NCBI GenBank assembly: GCA_016788665.1 | Contig: JAEUSF010000003.1 | Coordinates: 35,021-99,020, forward strand | Reading direction: 5' to 3' | Length of the DNA stretch: 64,000 nt | From: Candidatus Doudnabacteria bacterium | GTDB taxonomy: Bacteria > Patescibacteriota > Doudnabacteria > UBA920 | Shown: positions 48,826 through 58,713 of the stretch, piece by piece | Position numbering within the stretch: the first letter of the stretch is position 1 | How the letters are laid out: every line of letters begins with the position of its first letter | The notes under the pieces: generated by a model | Database searches by the model: none | Seen by the model: only the letters and a program-made list of their open reading frames with translations | Told to the model about the DNA's origin: nothing | Translations under genes and position numbers: made by a program

Positions 48826-49692
48826 ATGGTTGAGTATAAAAAGGGAGTCGGAATAAATTTTACAGACATACTAAAAGAAAAGCGTATTGAAAAGCAAGAA
48901 ACAATGGCCATACCCGAAACTCTTTCAGGTCAAGAGGTGGCAGATTTATTTCAAAAGGCTTACGCTGAACTAACTTTGAATATCAAGGAGCATTTAGTTG
49001 ATTCCAATGTCATACTAACTACAGCAGGATTGAAGGCTCAAACCGAATTTTTTGTAGATATAAAAGGCGAGGAGGATGCTGCCGGAGTGCAAGTACAGGT
49101 TAACAAACTAAATGAACTATTCAAGATACTAAATCCAGAGATTAAATTTTCTATGGTAAAAAAATCTATAAGTCCGCCTCGTAGAGGTAAGCGACAAATG
49201 GTTTCTATACAGAGCTTATTAGGTGCTGAAAGAGTTAGTAAAATCAGCAAAATTCCTGGCGTTATCCCTTTTGATAAAAGTACTGGTTGGGACGGTTTTG
49301 TTAAATGGCGTAGTAGCATTGCGAAAAACTTTGGTGCTCTCCAAGAAACAGGAACAAAACCTTTTGTAGACGACGAAGCATATACAAATGTATTAGCTGG
49401 CTTAATGAAAGGTTATCCTGATACAGCGATTTACGATTTTGCTGAGTGGTTCCCAACTGACAGATCAAAAGGTATGCAAGATTCGGAAATCCCATTTACT
49501 GGCTTATATTCAGAAGCTGAACCCAATTACGATTTTTACCCAGAACACGCTAATAATCCCGATATTAAAGAAAATATACAGCAAGCAGGTAAAATTTTGC
49601 AGCAATTTTACGAAAGTGATTGGCATAAACAAATAACGCAGGAATTACAGCATCATAAACGAAACGATAGCTGGCAAGTAGGAGGTGGGTAA
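48826..49692 (+). CDS. Hypothetical protein (288 aa)
   Basis: Long ORF downstream of the tRNA hotspot, no recognisable motif. Confidence 0.45.
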   Translation: MVEYKKGVGINFTDILKEKRIEKQETMAIPETLSGQEVADLFQKAYAELTLNIKEHLVDSNVILTTAGLKAQTEFFVDIKGEEDAAGVQVQVNKLNELFKILNPEIKFSMVKKSISPPRRGKRQMVSIQSLLGAERVSKISKIPGVIPFDKSTGWDGFVKWRSSIAKNFGALQETGTKPFVDDEAYTNVLAGLMKGYPDTAIYDFAEWFPTDRSKGMQDSEIPFTGLYSEAEPNYDFYPEHANNPDIKENIQQAGKILQQFYESDWHKQITQELQHHKRNDSWQVGGG

Positions 49693-49837
49693 GGGAGTAT
49701 TTTGCCAGGCTGCTTAAGATGCTTGGTCAAGAAGACGCAATTATTTGCGTTTCAATCACGATATAACAGCAATAATCTTACTGCTGTTTTTTATTTTTTC
49801 CATAAAATGCTATAGTGAAGCATATTAAAAATGTATT

Positions 49838-50266
49838 ATGAAATTTAACAAAAAACATTTAGTGTTGGTAGGTGTCATAGGCTTAGCTATTTTAGCTGTT
49901 GCCTTTTTGAATAAAAAACCTGCTTTGCCCGTTGAAAATAAGCAGGAAAGCGCCCAAGCTATTAAAAATCAAATAACCATAGTGGATAGCGTTGGTCTTG
50001 AAGCCGCCGAAAAAAACGAAATAAAGGCAGAAGTAGATGTTTATATGAATAAATATAAATTGCCCAAAGATATAGAGAATGTTTATACAATTCAAATACA
50101 GTCGCGAATAAACAATGCTTTAAAAGTTGAGACAAACCCAGGAGAACAACCCGACGATTTCCGTAGCATCCTTTATTTAAGAAATGTGAATGGAGTTTGG
50201 CGCTTGGACGAAAGCGCTGGACCTGAGTGTGCCTTTGAGCTGTTTGAAAGAGGGGAGTGTGAATAA
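49838..50266 (+). CDS. Secreted/anchored hypothetical protein (142 aa) with N-terminal signal anchor and C-terminal CAFELFERGECE
   Basis: N-terminal hydrophobic helix. Ends at a strong bidirectional terminator. Confidence 0.45.
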   Translation: MKFNKKHLVLVGVIGLAILAVAFLNKKPALPVENKQESAQAIKNQITIVDSVGLEAAEKNEIKAEVDVYMNKYKLPKDIENVYTIQIQSRINNALKVETNPGEQPDDFRSILYLRNVNGVWRLDESAGPECAFELFERGECE

Positions 50267-50304
50267 AAAAATAGACTTGCTATAATGCAAGTCTATTTTT
50301 TTTA
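50265..50304. terminator. Bidirectional terminator (ATAGACTTGC tataat GCAAGTCTAT flanked by an A-run and a T-run) between convergent genes
   Basis: Perfect 10-bp stem. The GT4 gene stop lies within the stem. Confidence 0.55.
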
Positions 50305-51362
50305 TGGTTATGCAAATTTAAAATTTTGTTATAGAGTTTTTCGTATTCTGTAACCATTTTATTATCGCTAAAGGTGTTTACAGAGTACTCGTGACAGTAT
50401 TGGCGGCTTATTTTATGAATATTTTTAATTGCCCTTACGGTTTCCTTCATATTTTTTACAACATATCCTGTTTTAGCGTATTCAATAATTTCCGGAATTG
50501 AGCCCAGATTGTTAGCGATCACCGGGCAACCGGAGGCCATGGCCTGAACGATGGTAAGCCCAAATGGCTCCGGCCATGTTGTCGGGTGCAAGGTACAAAG
50601 AGCTCTTTGAAAAAGGTTAATTAAAGACTCTTCCGACAGTTCACCTATGTATTTAACATCTTTTCTGTGCAATTTGAGTTTTGGTTTTATATATTTTTCA
50701 AAGTAGAGTTTAATATGAGGAATCTGAGAGTCGTACTTGGCAGCTATAACGAGTTTCATTTTAAGCTTTACGGCTGCTTCTATGGCTAAATGAGGCCCTT
50801 TTTCCGGGTCTATGCGTCCTGCAAACAACAAAAAATTTTCTGGGGATCTTCCTGGTTTATACTTTTTAAAATTTAGGCCGTTATAAACTTTGCCTAACAA
50901 ATTTGTTTTGGGGTATTTGTTTAAATAACTAATTTGTGATTCAGAAATACCTGTTAGAAATGGTTTGTTTAGTAGCGAAAAGTATTCAGCAGTTTCTTTG
51001 TCAAAGGCTCCATGCCAAGTTACTAAAACCGGAACTTTGGACATATTGGCTGTTGGTAAGCTAGGTAGAGAAAAATGGTCATGTATTATATCGAAGCCTG
51101 ATGTGCTGGAGTAAGCAAAACCTGCATGCATCAAATTTTGCACATTTGGTCTGTATACATTTTCGCTTTGGTATTGTCTTAAATGTTTTGGAATAAGACT
51201 TTTTAGTTTAGCGCTAGTTTTGGAATCTCCGCTGGCAAACAACGTAACTTCATGACCCCGTTTTACTAGCCCTTCTGTTAGCCAATGCACCACTCTTTCT
51301 GTTCCCCCGTATTTTTTTGGAGGAATGCTTTCTACAATAGGCGCTACAATTGCTATTTTCAT
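50280..51362 (-). CDS. Glycosyltransferase family 4 (GT-B, RfaG-like)
   Basis: EPFGLTIVQAMASGCPVIANNLGSIPEI is the GT4 C-terminal nucleotide-sugar binding motif (E-X7-E region). Confidence 0.8.
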   Translation of the reverse strand: MKIAIVAPIVESIPPKKYGGTERVVHWLTEGLVKRGHEVTLFASGDSKTSAKLKSLIPKHLRQYQSENVYRPNVQNLMHAGFAYSSTSGFDIIHDHFSLPSLPTANMSKVPVLVTWHGAFDKETAEYFSLLNKPFLTGISESQISYLNKYPKTNLLGKVYNGLNFKKYKPGRSPENFLLFAGRIDPEKGPHLAIEAAVKLKMKLVIAAKYDSQIPHIKLYFEKYIKPKLKLHRKDVKYIGELSEESLINLFQRALCTLHPTTWPEPFGLTIVQAMASGCPVIANNLGSIPEIIEYAKTGYVVKNMKETVRAIKNIHKISRQYCHEYSVNTFSDNKMVTEYEKLYNKILNLHNHKKNRLAL

Positions 51363-51426
51363 AGCCGAAATTTAACAGCTAAACCTGTATTTAAAATTAA
51401 AACCCCTTTTTAAGGGGTTTTAAAAT

Positions 51427-51834
51427 TTAAAGTCTAACGTTTATTTTTTTAGGCTCGGATTGCGGCTTTTTTTGGAAGACTACGCTCATAATACCGTTCT
51501 TGCAAACCGCTTCGGGTTCTTTGGTTTCGTCTATTTCGCCAGGCACCGCAATGCGGTATGAAAAAGAAGCGGAAGCCTTTCTGTAATATTTTTTATTTTC
51601 ACTTCCGTCTTCTTGGTCCCGACTGCCACGTATCCACAAAACTCCTTTGTCAAAAGTTACGTCAACTTTTTGGGGTTCCAGACCAGGTACCGCGGCTTCT
51701 ACCCTGACCGTTTTGTCATCTTCTGAAACCGTTAGTCCGGAAGAGGGTAAAAAGGCCGACCAGTCTTCGTCGTCAAGCCAGGTTTGCCATTTGGAAGGGC
51801 CCATAAAAGCCCTTGGTATAAGATCAAACGCCAT
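51427..51834 (-). CDS. Small heat shock protein (Hsp20/alpha-crystallin family)
   Basis: Alpha-crystallin domain pattern (VRVEAAVPGLEPQKVDVTFDKGVLWIRG...FSYRIAVPGEIDETK...NGIMSV). Confidence 0.85.
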   Translation of the reverse strand: MAFDLIPRAFMGPSKWQTWLDDEDWSAFLPSSGLTVSEDDKTVRVEAAVPGLEPQKVDVTFDKGVLWIRGSRDQEDGSENKKYYRKASASFSYRIAVPGEIDETKEPEAVCKNGIMSVVFQKKPQSEPKKINVRL

Positions 51835-51902
51835 ATAATAATCTCCTTCCTGTTAATTGCTCAATATTTTAAAGTAATTAACAGTATAAATTATTAATTC
51901 TA

Positions 51903-51929
51903 TTATCACTCTACACCAGAGAGTGATAA
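51903..51929. promoter_or_regulatory. CIRCE-like inverted repeat TTATCACTC-N9-GAGTGATAA (compare consensus TTAGCACTC-N9-GAGTGCTAA), about 70 nt upstream of hsp20
   Basis: Perfect 9-bp arms with a 9-nt spacer, a symmetric one-position variant of the HrcA operator. A TTGACA on the minus strand sits just upstream. Confidence 0.45.
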
Positions 51930-51972
51930 TTTGTCAAGAGTAAATAAAAAACCAGCTATAACAGGCTGGTTG

Positions 51973-52128
51973 TTAGTCGTCGTCGCGGCGAGGAATGAAT
52001 TCTTTGCGCGTTGGGACCGCGGGTTGGTTGTTTTGAAAGTCCGGTGCTGTTGGCACCTTAACCTGTCTGCCTCTTTCCTCAAGGCATGCGTCGTCAATCC
52101 GAGCACCTTCTTTATTTTCCCAAGACAT
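51973..52128 (-). CDS. Candidate 51-aa ORF (MSWENKEGARIDDACLEERGRQVKVPTAPDFQNNQPAVPTRKEFIPRRDDD) with GGAGGG RBS, upstream of the hsp20 operator
   Basis: ORF and SD read directly, with short SD spacing (3 nt). The region is GC-elevated. Confidence 0.2.
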   Translation of the reverse strand: MSWENKEGARIDDACLEERGRQVKVPTAPDFQNNQPAVPTRKEFIPRRDDD

Positions 52129-52219
52129 GTTCCCTCCAGTCTAGTGGATTTAACTACTTTTTTTTACCATAAAATAATTTTTTTGTCAATGTAAAGCAAA
52201 GTGTGCTAAAATTTTTTAT

Positions 52220-53239
52220 ATGACTACATTTTTATATGCGATTATTGTTATATTTGTTTTGGGTTTTGGCGCACTGCTGTATTTTTTGCTCGACTTAAAG
52301 AGAAAAAGCGAAAGTACGGACGACACGCAGGCTTTAAAGGTTATGATGGAATGGATGAAAGAAATGAAGCAAAGTACCGAGCAAACCCGCGAAGGTATGC
52401 AAAGAAGCATAGACGAAACAAATAAAGCTATAAACGAAAGGCTGGATAACGCAGCCAGAGTTATTGGCTCTTTGTCAAAGGAATTAGGCGGCATTTCACA
52501 AATTGGACCGGACATAAGAAGGCTGAGTGAAACTCTTGCAAGTCCCAAAATGCGCGGAAATTTTGGTGAGGAAATGCTTGAAAATATGCTCTCTCAAATC
52601 ATGCCCAAAGACTCTTATAAAATTCAGTATAGATTTAAAAATGGAGAGACGGTGGATGCATGCATTTTTATCGGTTCAACTATTTTGTCTATAGACAGTA
52701 AATTTTCTTTAGAAAATTTCAGGCTGTTTAAAGAGGCCAATACAGAAGAGTCGCAGGAAACTTTACGTAAGGCATTTTTAAAAGACGTAAAAAAACGTGT
52801 GGATGAGATTTGCAAAAAATACATCCTTCCTCAAGAAGGTACTTTCGACTTTGCCTTAATGTATGTCCCAAGTGAAGGTATATATCAAGAAGTTATAGAG
52901 GCTGACGACATAATTGAGTACTGCCGGGCAAAAGCCGTTATCCCAGTTAGTCCAAACACTATGTATATATACCTCCGAAACATAATGCTTTCTTTACGTG
53001 GCCAAGAAATAAACAAAAAGGCACAGGAAATCTTAAAAATGATTTCAGGAATAAAGACCGAAAGCGATAAATTTTCCAAAAATTTGGATATTTTGGGCAC
53101 TCACATAAAAAACGCTGGCAATACCATGGGTACCGTTACTACTGACTTTACACGCCTAAAATCGAACATTCAAAATGCGGCTAATTTAGAACTTGATTCG
53201 ACGGATACTGTACCGGAACCTACGAAACTTATTGAATAA
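52220..53239 (+). CDS. rmuC: DNA recombination protein RmuC
   Basis: N-terminal TM, long coiled coil, C-terminal RmuC nuclease-like region (FDFALMYVPSEGIYQE). Confidence 0.75.
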   Translation: MTTFLYAIIVIFVLGFGALLYFLLDLKRKSESTDDTQALKVMMEWMKEMKQSTEQTREGMQRSIDETNKAINERLDNAARVIGSLSKELGGISQIGPDIRRLSETLASPKMRGNFGEEMLENMLSQIMPKDSYKIQYRFKNGETVDACIFIGSTILSIDSKFSLENFRLFKEANTEESQETLRKAFLKDVKKRVDEICKKYILPQEGTFDFALMYVPSEGIYQEVIEADDIIEYCRAKAVIPVSPNTMYIYLRNIMLSLRGQEINKKAQEILKMISGIKTESDKFSKNLDILGTHIKNAGNTMGTVTTDFTRLKSNIQNAANLELDSTDTVPEPTKLIE

Positions 53240-53736
53240 TGAGGTTAAAAACATTGCCCGAAAACCCAGGGTTTACCTTGATTGAAATTTTGGTCGTAGT
53301 GTCAATAATTGGCCTATTGGCAAGTATAGCTATGGTTGGTTTACGAAACGCCAGGACACGGGCTTTAACTACTAGAGTAAGTGCGGATTTGGTACAAATT
53401 CAAAAACAAATTGACGTAACCAGATTAAGGCGCAACGCAACAGTTTTACAAATTACGGGCAGTGGATGTTCAGATTGTGCAAGCAGGAATACGAAAGTAA
53501 TAAGCAATTTTGCAAACATGGCGACTTTGCAAAGTTCTTGGAGACAGTTAGGCTTTGTAGATAGCCCAATGGACCCTTGGGGAACTCCATATTTAATAGA
53601 CGAAAATGAACTTGAGGCGGGTCCTAGTGACTGCCGATACGACAGCGTGTGGAGCGCGGGTCCAAATGGTATAAATAATGCAGGTGGTGCAGACGACGTT
53701 CAGACAAATATTACTCATTTCGTTTGTCCAAATTAA
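53239..53736 (+). CDS. Type IV pilin/pseudopilin with prepilin-type N-terminal cleavage/methylation domain
   Basis: G|FTLIEILVVVSIIGLLASIA class III signal, about 165 aa, Cys pair in the C-terminal domain. Confidence 0.75.
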   Translation: MRLKTLPENPGFTLIEILVVVSIIGLLASIAMVGLRNARTRALTTRVSADLVQIQKQIDVTRLRRNATVLQITGSGCSDCASRNTKVISNFANMATLQSSWRQLGFVDSPMDPWGTPYLIDENELEAGPSDCRYDSVWSAGPNGINNAGGADDVQTNITHFVCPN

Positions 53737-53742
53737 ACTTTT

Positions 53743-54381
53743 ATGGGAGAACTTTCTAAAAACACATGGGAAGGTCAGGAAAAAAAGGTTACAATGACTG
53801 GTTCGGAGCTTGTCACTGCTGAATATAAATTTGTTGTTTCCCGAAATTTAATAAAGGGCCTGTATTACTTAAACAATCTTTTGGAAATCCTGTTGCCTCA
53901 CCATATTCCGCATATACGACAAGCCGGAGCAAATAAATATATTGCCGACTTTGTTCCTCACGACGAAAGACATGAAAAGCTGCAAAGTAATCTGGACACT
54001 GAAATTGGCCTTTCTGTGGAAGAGGATGTTGAGAAAGATGTACGTATTAAAGAATTGAACGCTGAATTGCTGGAATTAGGTATATACGGCGACAATAAAA
54101 GCGGCCGTAATTACATTATAGACCCAAGCGGGAAGGCAGAATATGTAGACGCAATTTTACCTTGGCAAATTATTAAGGTATTTAACAAAAGTTCGTCTAA
54201 CCAGACTTCTTATGGTTTAGATTTAAACGTAGACTTTAATAAGCTGTCAGAAAAAGTTTCAGGGTTACCGGACCCAAGCTTAAAGCAAAAAGCTGCTTCT
54301 TTTCTTTCGCGATTAAATCAACTATGGGAAGAAGAAAGCCAAAAACAAGATTTATCAGAGTATTTGCACAAAATAAATTAA
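53743..54381 (+). CDS. Hypothetical protein (212 aa)
   Basis: ORF with tight spacing in the operon, no motif recognised. Confidence 0.45.
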   Translation: MGELSKNTWEGQEKKVTMTGSELVTAEYKFVVSRNLIKGLYYLNNLLEILLPHHIPHIRQAGANKYIADFVPHDERHEKLQSNLDTEIGLSVEEDVEKDVRIKELNAELLELGIYGDNKSGRNYIIDPSGKAEYVDAILPWQIIKVFNKSSSNQTSYGLDLNVDFNKLSEKVSGLPDPSLKQKAASFLSRLNQLWEEESQKQDLSEYLHKIN

Positions 54382-54391
54382 TTATAAAAAA

Positions 54392-54904
54392 ATGTCTATA
54401 CGAAATCCAGATCAAAGAGTAGGAGTGTTTGTAGATGTTCAAAATTTGTATTACAGTGCGCGAAATATTTACGGAGCCAGAATAAAGTTCAACGAAATTT
54501 TAAATGCAGCTGTAGCAGGAAGAAAACTTATTCGAGCTATTGCTTATGTGGTAGAGGCAAAAATGCCAGAGGAAGAGAATTTTTTTGAGGCATTAGAAAA
54601 AGCGGGCTTTGAAGTTAAAAGAAAAGAGCTACAAACTTTTGCCGGTGGCCATCAGAAGGGTGATTGGGACGTGGGCATTGCTATGGACATAGTTAAGCTT
54701 ATGAACAAGCTAGATGTTGTTGTTTTATGCAGCGGCGATGGAGACTATGTACCACTCCTAGAATATATGCAAATGTCCGGACAATTTACGGAAACCTTGG
54801 CCTTTGGTAAATCTTGTAGCGCTAAAGTTAAAGAGCTTACAGACCATTTTATTGACTTAGACGAGAACCCGAAAAAGTTCTTAATGCCAATTAGGAAGAA
54901 TTAA
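54392..54904 (+). CDS. NYN domain (LabA/MARF1-like) protein
   Basis: GVFVDVQNLYYSA...VVLCSGDGDYVPLL is the NYN acidic-residue pattern. Confidence 0.65.
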   Translation: MSIRNPDQRVGVFVDVQNLYYSARNIYGARIKFNEILNAAVAGRKLIRAIAYVVEAKMPEEENFFEALEKAGFEVKRKELQTFAGGHQKGDWDVGIAMDIVKLMNKLDVVVLCSGDGDYVPLLEYMQMSGQFTETLAFGKSCSAKVKELTDHFIDLDENPKKFLMPIRKN

Positions 54905-54967
54905 TAAACACAGGTTTTTTACAAGTAATCTTTGCAAACAACCTATCCGCTTTTTGTTTTATAAAAT

Positions 54968-55195
54968 ATGGAAACAATACGAAATATTGAACACGAGCCA
55001 GAACTTTCGGAATTTGAAGCGGAGTTTTTGGCGACAAATTTTCCGTCCGATAAGGTAACTAAACAGACCGAAACAGTTATGAGCAAGGGGGCTGAAACTG
55101 ACCGTTTTGTTAATTCGTTAATTAACAAAGGGGTATTAATTAATTCAAAAAGTAAATCAAATAAAGATTTTTGGTATTTGATAAGAATAAAATGA
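54968..55195 (+). CDS. Putative antitoxin (75 aa) of a PIN-type toxin-antitoxin pair
   Basis: Small ORF whose stop overlaps the toxin start (ATGA). Confidence 0.4.
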   Translation: METIRNIEHEPELSEFEAEFLATNFPSDKVTKQTETVMSKGAETDRFVNSLINKGVLINSKSKSNKDFWYLIRIK

Positions 55196-55638
55196 AAATA
55201 GTGTTAGACACCAACGTACTCATTGACGGTTTTAAAGACGAGTATTCTTACGAAAAGAAGATTATTAACGCTGTTATAGGCGGAGAAATCACAGCTTATG
55301 CCAATAAACAAACTCTGCGGGAAAACCGTTTGCTTTTGGGTATGCGAGTAGGGGACAATTCATATTTAGAGGAATTAAATCGTTTTTTCTCACAAGTAAA
55401 TAACGTTGTTAACAGAAGGCAGATTCATATTGTAAGCGATCCTGAAGACAATAAAATTCTTGAAAGTGCAGTTGAAGCCAGGGTTGACTACTTAGTAACC
55501 AATGATAAAGCCTTACTAGAGCTAAACAATTATCAAAATATTAAAGTGGTTACGCCTATAGACTTTTGGAAAACTTATAAAGACGAAGGTATGGACTTAT
55601 GGAAGCAATGGATAAACTACGTAAAAAATTCCAAATAA
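55192..55638 (+). CDS. PIN domain toxin (VapC-like)
   Basis: MKIVLDTNVLID N-terminal PIN signature, later acidic residues (SDPEDN, TNDKALL). The track ORF starts upstream at 55171. Confidence 0.6.
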   Translation: MKIVLDTNVLIDGFKDEYSYEKKIINAVIGGEITAYANKQTLRENRLLLGMRVGDNSYLEELNRFFSQVNNVVNRRQIHIVSDPEDNKILESAVEARVDYLVTNDKALLELNNYQNIKVVTPIDFWKTYKDEGMDLWKQWINYVKNSK

Positions 55639-55712
55639 CAAATATTATTTTTTTTATAACTTTTTGAGATTTTACTGTTTTGATGACTGTAATTTAGTGC
55701 TTATACAAATCA

Positions 55713-58682
55713 ATGCATTCAACAGAAGCCTTACTATCTGGACTTAATAGTGAACAAGCAGAGGCCGTTAAACACACTACGGGCCCGCTTTTAATAGTGG
55801 CTGGCGCTGGTACTGGAAAAACAACTGTTATAACCAGAAAAATCGCGTTTTTAATTGAACAAGGCTATGCAAAGCCTGAAGAAATTTTGGCACTAACCTT
55901 TACGGACAAAGCGGCAGGGGAAATGCAGGAGCGTGCAGATATGCTTTTGCCTTTGGGTTATAACGATATTTGGATTTCCACTTTTCACAGCTTCGGGGAA
56001 CGTGTCTTAAAATCGCATGGCTTGGATATAGGCCTCCCGAATGATTTTAGACTTTTAAACGAAATACAAGCATGGATACTTCTTCACAACAACTTTGAAA
56101 AGTTAAAGCTGGACTACTATCGGCCAATTGGAAGCCCCAACAGATTTATAGATTCATTATTAACCCATTTTTCTCGTTGTAAAGATGAGCTAATAACCCC
56201 CTCTGAATACTTGACGTATGCGGAAGAATTAAAATTGGGCAAACAAAAGCCTACAAGTAAGCGCACAAAAGAGCCTAAAAAATTGGTGACCGAAACTCAA
56301 GAAATTGACCAGACTGAAATAGCTAGAATACAAGAATTGGCTAATGCTTTTTCCGCTTATCAAAAACTTTTGCATGAGAACGATTACTTGGATTTTGGTG
56401 ACTTAATTAACTGCACCTTAGAACTCTTTACTAGGCGACCACAGGTATTAAATCGTTTTAGAAAAAAGTTTAAGTATATAATGGTTGATGAATTTCAAGA
56501 TACCAATTTTGCACAGTACCAGCTTGTTAAAGCCTTGGCCGGAGACCAATCAAACCTTACGGTCGTGGGAGACGACGACCAGTCTATATATAAGTTTAGA
56601 GGTGCAAGTGTTTCAAACATTTTAAAGTTTAAGGAAGATTTTCCGACCTGCAAAGAAATTACCCTTGTCGAAAACTACCGCTCTAGCCAAAATATTTTGG
56701 ACTTGGCTTACAATTTTATCCAGGCAAATAATCCAGACCGCTTGGAGGTAAAACTAAAAATAAACAAACATTTAAAAGCAGTTTCCGAAAAGGGTGAGGG
56801 TGTAATTTCGGTCCTGGAATCCGATGACTTAGGTGCCGAACTGAACTCTGTAGCAAAAAAAATTTTAGAAATCTATTCGAGCGAAGGCTCTGGGGCTTCA
56901 TGGAATGATTTTGCTGTTTTAATGCGAGCGAACTCTGCGGCAGAAGAGATTATACCTATTTTTGACTCATATCACATACCATATACATTTTTGGCTAATA
57001 AAGGGCTGTACAAAAAGCCAATAGTGCTAGATGTTTTGTCATACATGCGTATTTTGGACAATATATCGGACTCTAAGTCATTGTACCGCGTCCTTTCGCT
57101 CCCTAAATTTAATATAAGCCATTTAGAGCTTTCGGTTTTGTCTGCCTATGCTCATAAAAAAACCATAAATTTATTTGATGCAATTTATCCGGCGCTGACT
57201 TTTCCAGAACTTTCAGAAGAAGCAAAAAGCAGCTTAAAATTTCTTTGGGAAAATATACGCACCCACTCTGAAATGGCCAAAAGCTTTACCGCTGCAGAAA
57301 TGTTGGTTCGAATAATTCGCGACTTATCTTTTGAAAAAACTCTGAGTGAAGAGTCGGATATAGCGGCCCAGGCGCGTGAGCATTTGGAGCAGTTTTATAA
57401 GCGCATAGAAGAGTTTGAAAAGCAGAATGAGTATAAAAGTTTGCATGAGTTTTTGCTTGACTTAAGCCTAGAAATGAAAGCCGGTAGTGAAGGTGCTATA
57501 AAATTCGACCCCAATAGTGGGCCAGAAAGCGTTAAAATTATGACAGTCCACGCTTCTAAAGGGTTGGAATTCAAAAATGTCTTCCTGGTTAATATGGTTG
57601 ATCAACGTTTTCCAACTAGGCAAAAGAGTGAGTCTATTGAAATCCCTGAAAAACTTGTAAAGGATATTTTGCCCCAGGGTGATTTTCACCTGCAAGAAGA
57701 ACGTCGCTTGTTCTATGTGGCGGTCACCCGGGCAAAAAACAAACTTTTTCTTTCATGGGCGAAGGACTATGGCGGCAGTCGAACAAAAAAGCCTTCACAA
57801 TTTTTGGTTGAAACTTCGTTGGTGCCCAGCGAGAAAATAAACCGCGCAACAGGGAAGGTGGTTTTCACCAAGCCTTTAGTTTTACAAAGTGTTTCTCAAA
57901 AAGAAGGTTACGCTAGTTTACCGAACAAATTTTCTTATACCCAACTGACAGACTTCGAAAACTGTCCGTTAAAGTATAAATATGTCCACTACCTAAAAAT
58001 ACCTTGGGTCGGAAGTCACCATATGAGTTTCGGTTCCTCAATTCATAAAACATTCGAAGAGTTTTTAAAACAGTATAAAAATAACCAGGAACTTACACAG
58101 TTAGATCTGTTCGGAAAAAGACCCAGCGAGCAACCTCTGCCCGATTTTAGTCTTTTAGAAAACTACTACGAAAAATTTTGGATTGATGATTGGTACCCTA
58201 GTAAAGATGAAAAGGAAAAGTACAGACAAATGGGCCGTCGCATGATGCGCTATTTTTACGATAATCTTGATAATCAGAAGCCTGTCGCCAAATATATTGA
58301 GAAGTTTTTCAAACTAAAGCTTGGAGAGTTTGATTTTGTTGGCAAAATTGACCGCGCTGACCAGTTAAATAACGGTTTAGAAATTATAGATTATAAAACG
58401 GGCAAGACACCCAAAACAAAGAAAGACTTTGACCAATTGTATATTTATCAGTGGGCAGCCGAGGAATTTTTAAAAGAAAAGGTTTTAAGTCTAAAGTACT
58501 GGTACTTGCAGGAAAATGATTTTGTCGAAGAAAGTTTGGCAACCAACGAAGAAATACAAACTTTAAAGGAAAAGCTGAAGGGGCTTATGCATAGGGTTGT
58601 CGAAGCTGTGAAGTATAATCAGTTTAAAGAATTACATAAAAAAACCAAGGAGCATAATTGCGAATTCCTGGACTTGGAGTAG
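55713..58682 (+). CDS. UvrD/PcrA-type superfamily 1 helicase fused to a C-terminal PD-(D/E)XK (RecB/Cas4-like) nuclease domain
   Basis: Motif I AGAGTGKT, motif II VDEFQDTN, motif VI VAVTRAK. C-terminal GKIDRAD...LEIIDYKTGK nuclease motifs. 989 aa. Confidence 0.8.
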   Translation: MHSTEALLSGLNSEQAEAVKHTTGPLLIVAGAGTGKTTVITRKIAFLIEQGYAKPEEILALTFTDKAAGEMQERADMLLPLGYNDIWISTFHSFGERVLKSHGLDIGLPNDFRLLNEIQAWILLHNNFEKLKLDYYRPIGSPNRFIDSLLTHFSRCKDELITPSEYLTYAEELKLGKQKPTSKRTKEPKKLVTETQEIDQTEIARIQELANAFSAYQKLLHENDYLDFGDLINCTLELFTRRPQVLNRFRKKFKYIMVDEFQDTNFAQYQLVKALAGDQSNLTVVGDDDQSIYKFRGASVSNILKFKEDFPTCKEITLVENYRSSQNILDLAYNFIQANNPDRLEVKLKINKHLKAVSEKGEGVISVLESDDLGAELNSVAKKILEIYSSEGSGASWNDFAVLMRANSAAEEIIPIFDSYHIPYTFLANKGLYKKPIVLDVLSYMRILDNISDSKSLYRVLSLPKFNISHLELSVLSAYAHKKTINLFDAIYPALTFPELSEEAKSSLKFLWENIRTHSEMAKSFTAAEMLVRIIRDLSFEKTLSEESDIAAQAREHLEQFYKRIEEFEKQNEYKSLHEFLLDLSLEMKAGSEGAIKFDPNSGPESVKIMTVHASKGLEFKNVFLVNMVDQRFPTRQKSESIEIPEKLVKDILPQGDFHLQEERRLFYVAVTRAKNKLFLSWAKDYGGSRTKKPSQFLVETSLVPSEKINRATGKVVFTKPLVLQSVSQKEGYASLPNKFSYTQLTDFENCPLKYKYVHYLKIPWVGSHHMSFGSSIHKTFEEFLKQYKNNQELTQLDLFGKRPSEQPLPDFSLLENYYEKFWIDDWYPSKDEKEKYRQMGRRMMRYFYDNLDNQKPVAKYIEKFFKLKLGEFDFVGKIDRADQLNNGLEIIDYKTGKTPKTKKDFDQLYIYQWAAEEFLKEKVLSLKYWYLQENDFVEESLATNEEIQTLKEKLKGLMHRVVEAVKYNQFKELHKKTKEHNCEFLDLE

Positions 58683-58713
58683 TTTTTTGTTTTGGTTTAA
58701 ATTGTGATATAAT

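Noticed and set aside
51906-52194. Track ORFs 51931..52194 (+) and 51906..52106 (-) upstream of hsp20
   Set aside because: No start signals, and the products are low-complexity. Only the alternative 51-aa minus-strand frame has an SD, and it is reported at low confidence.
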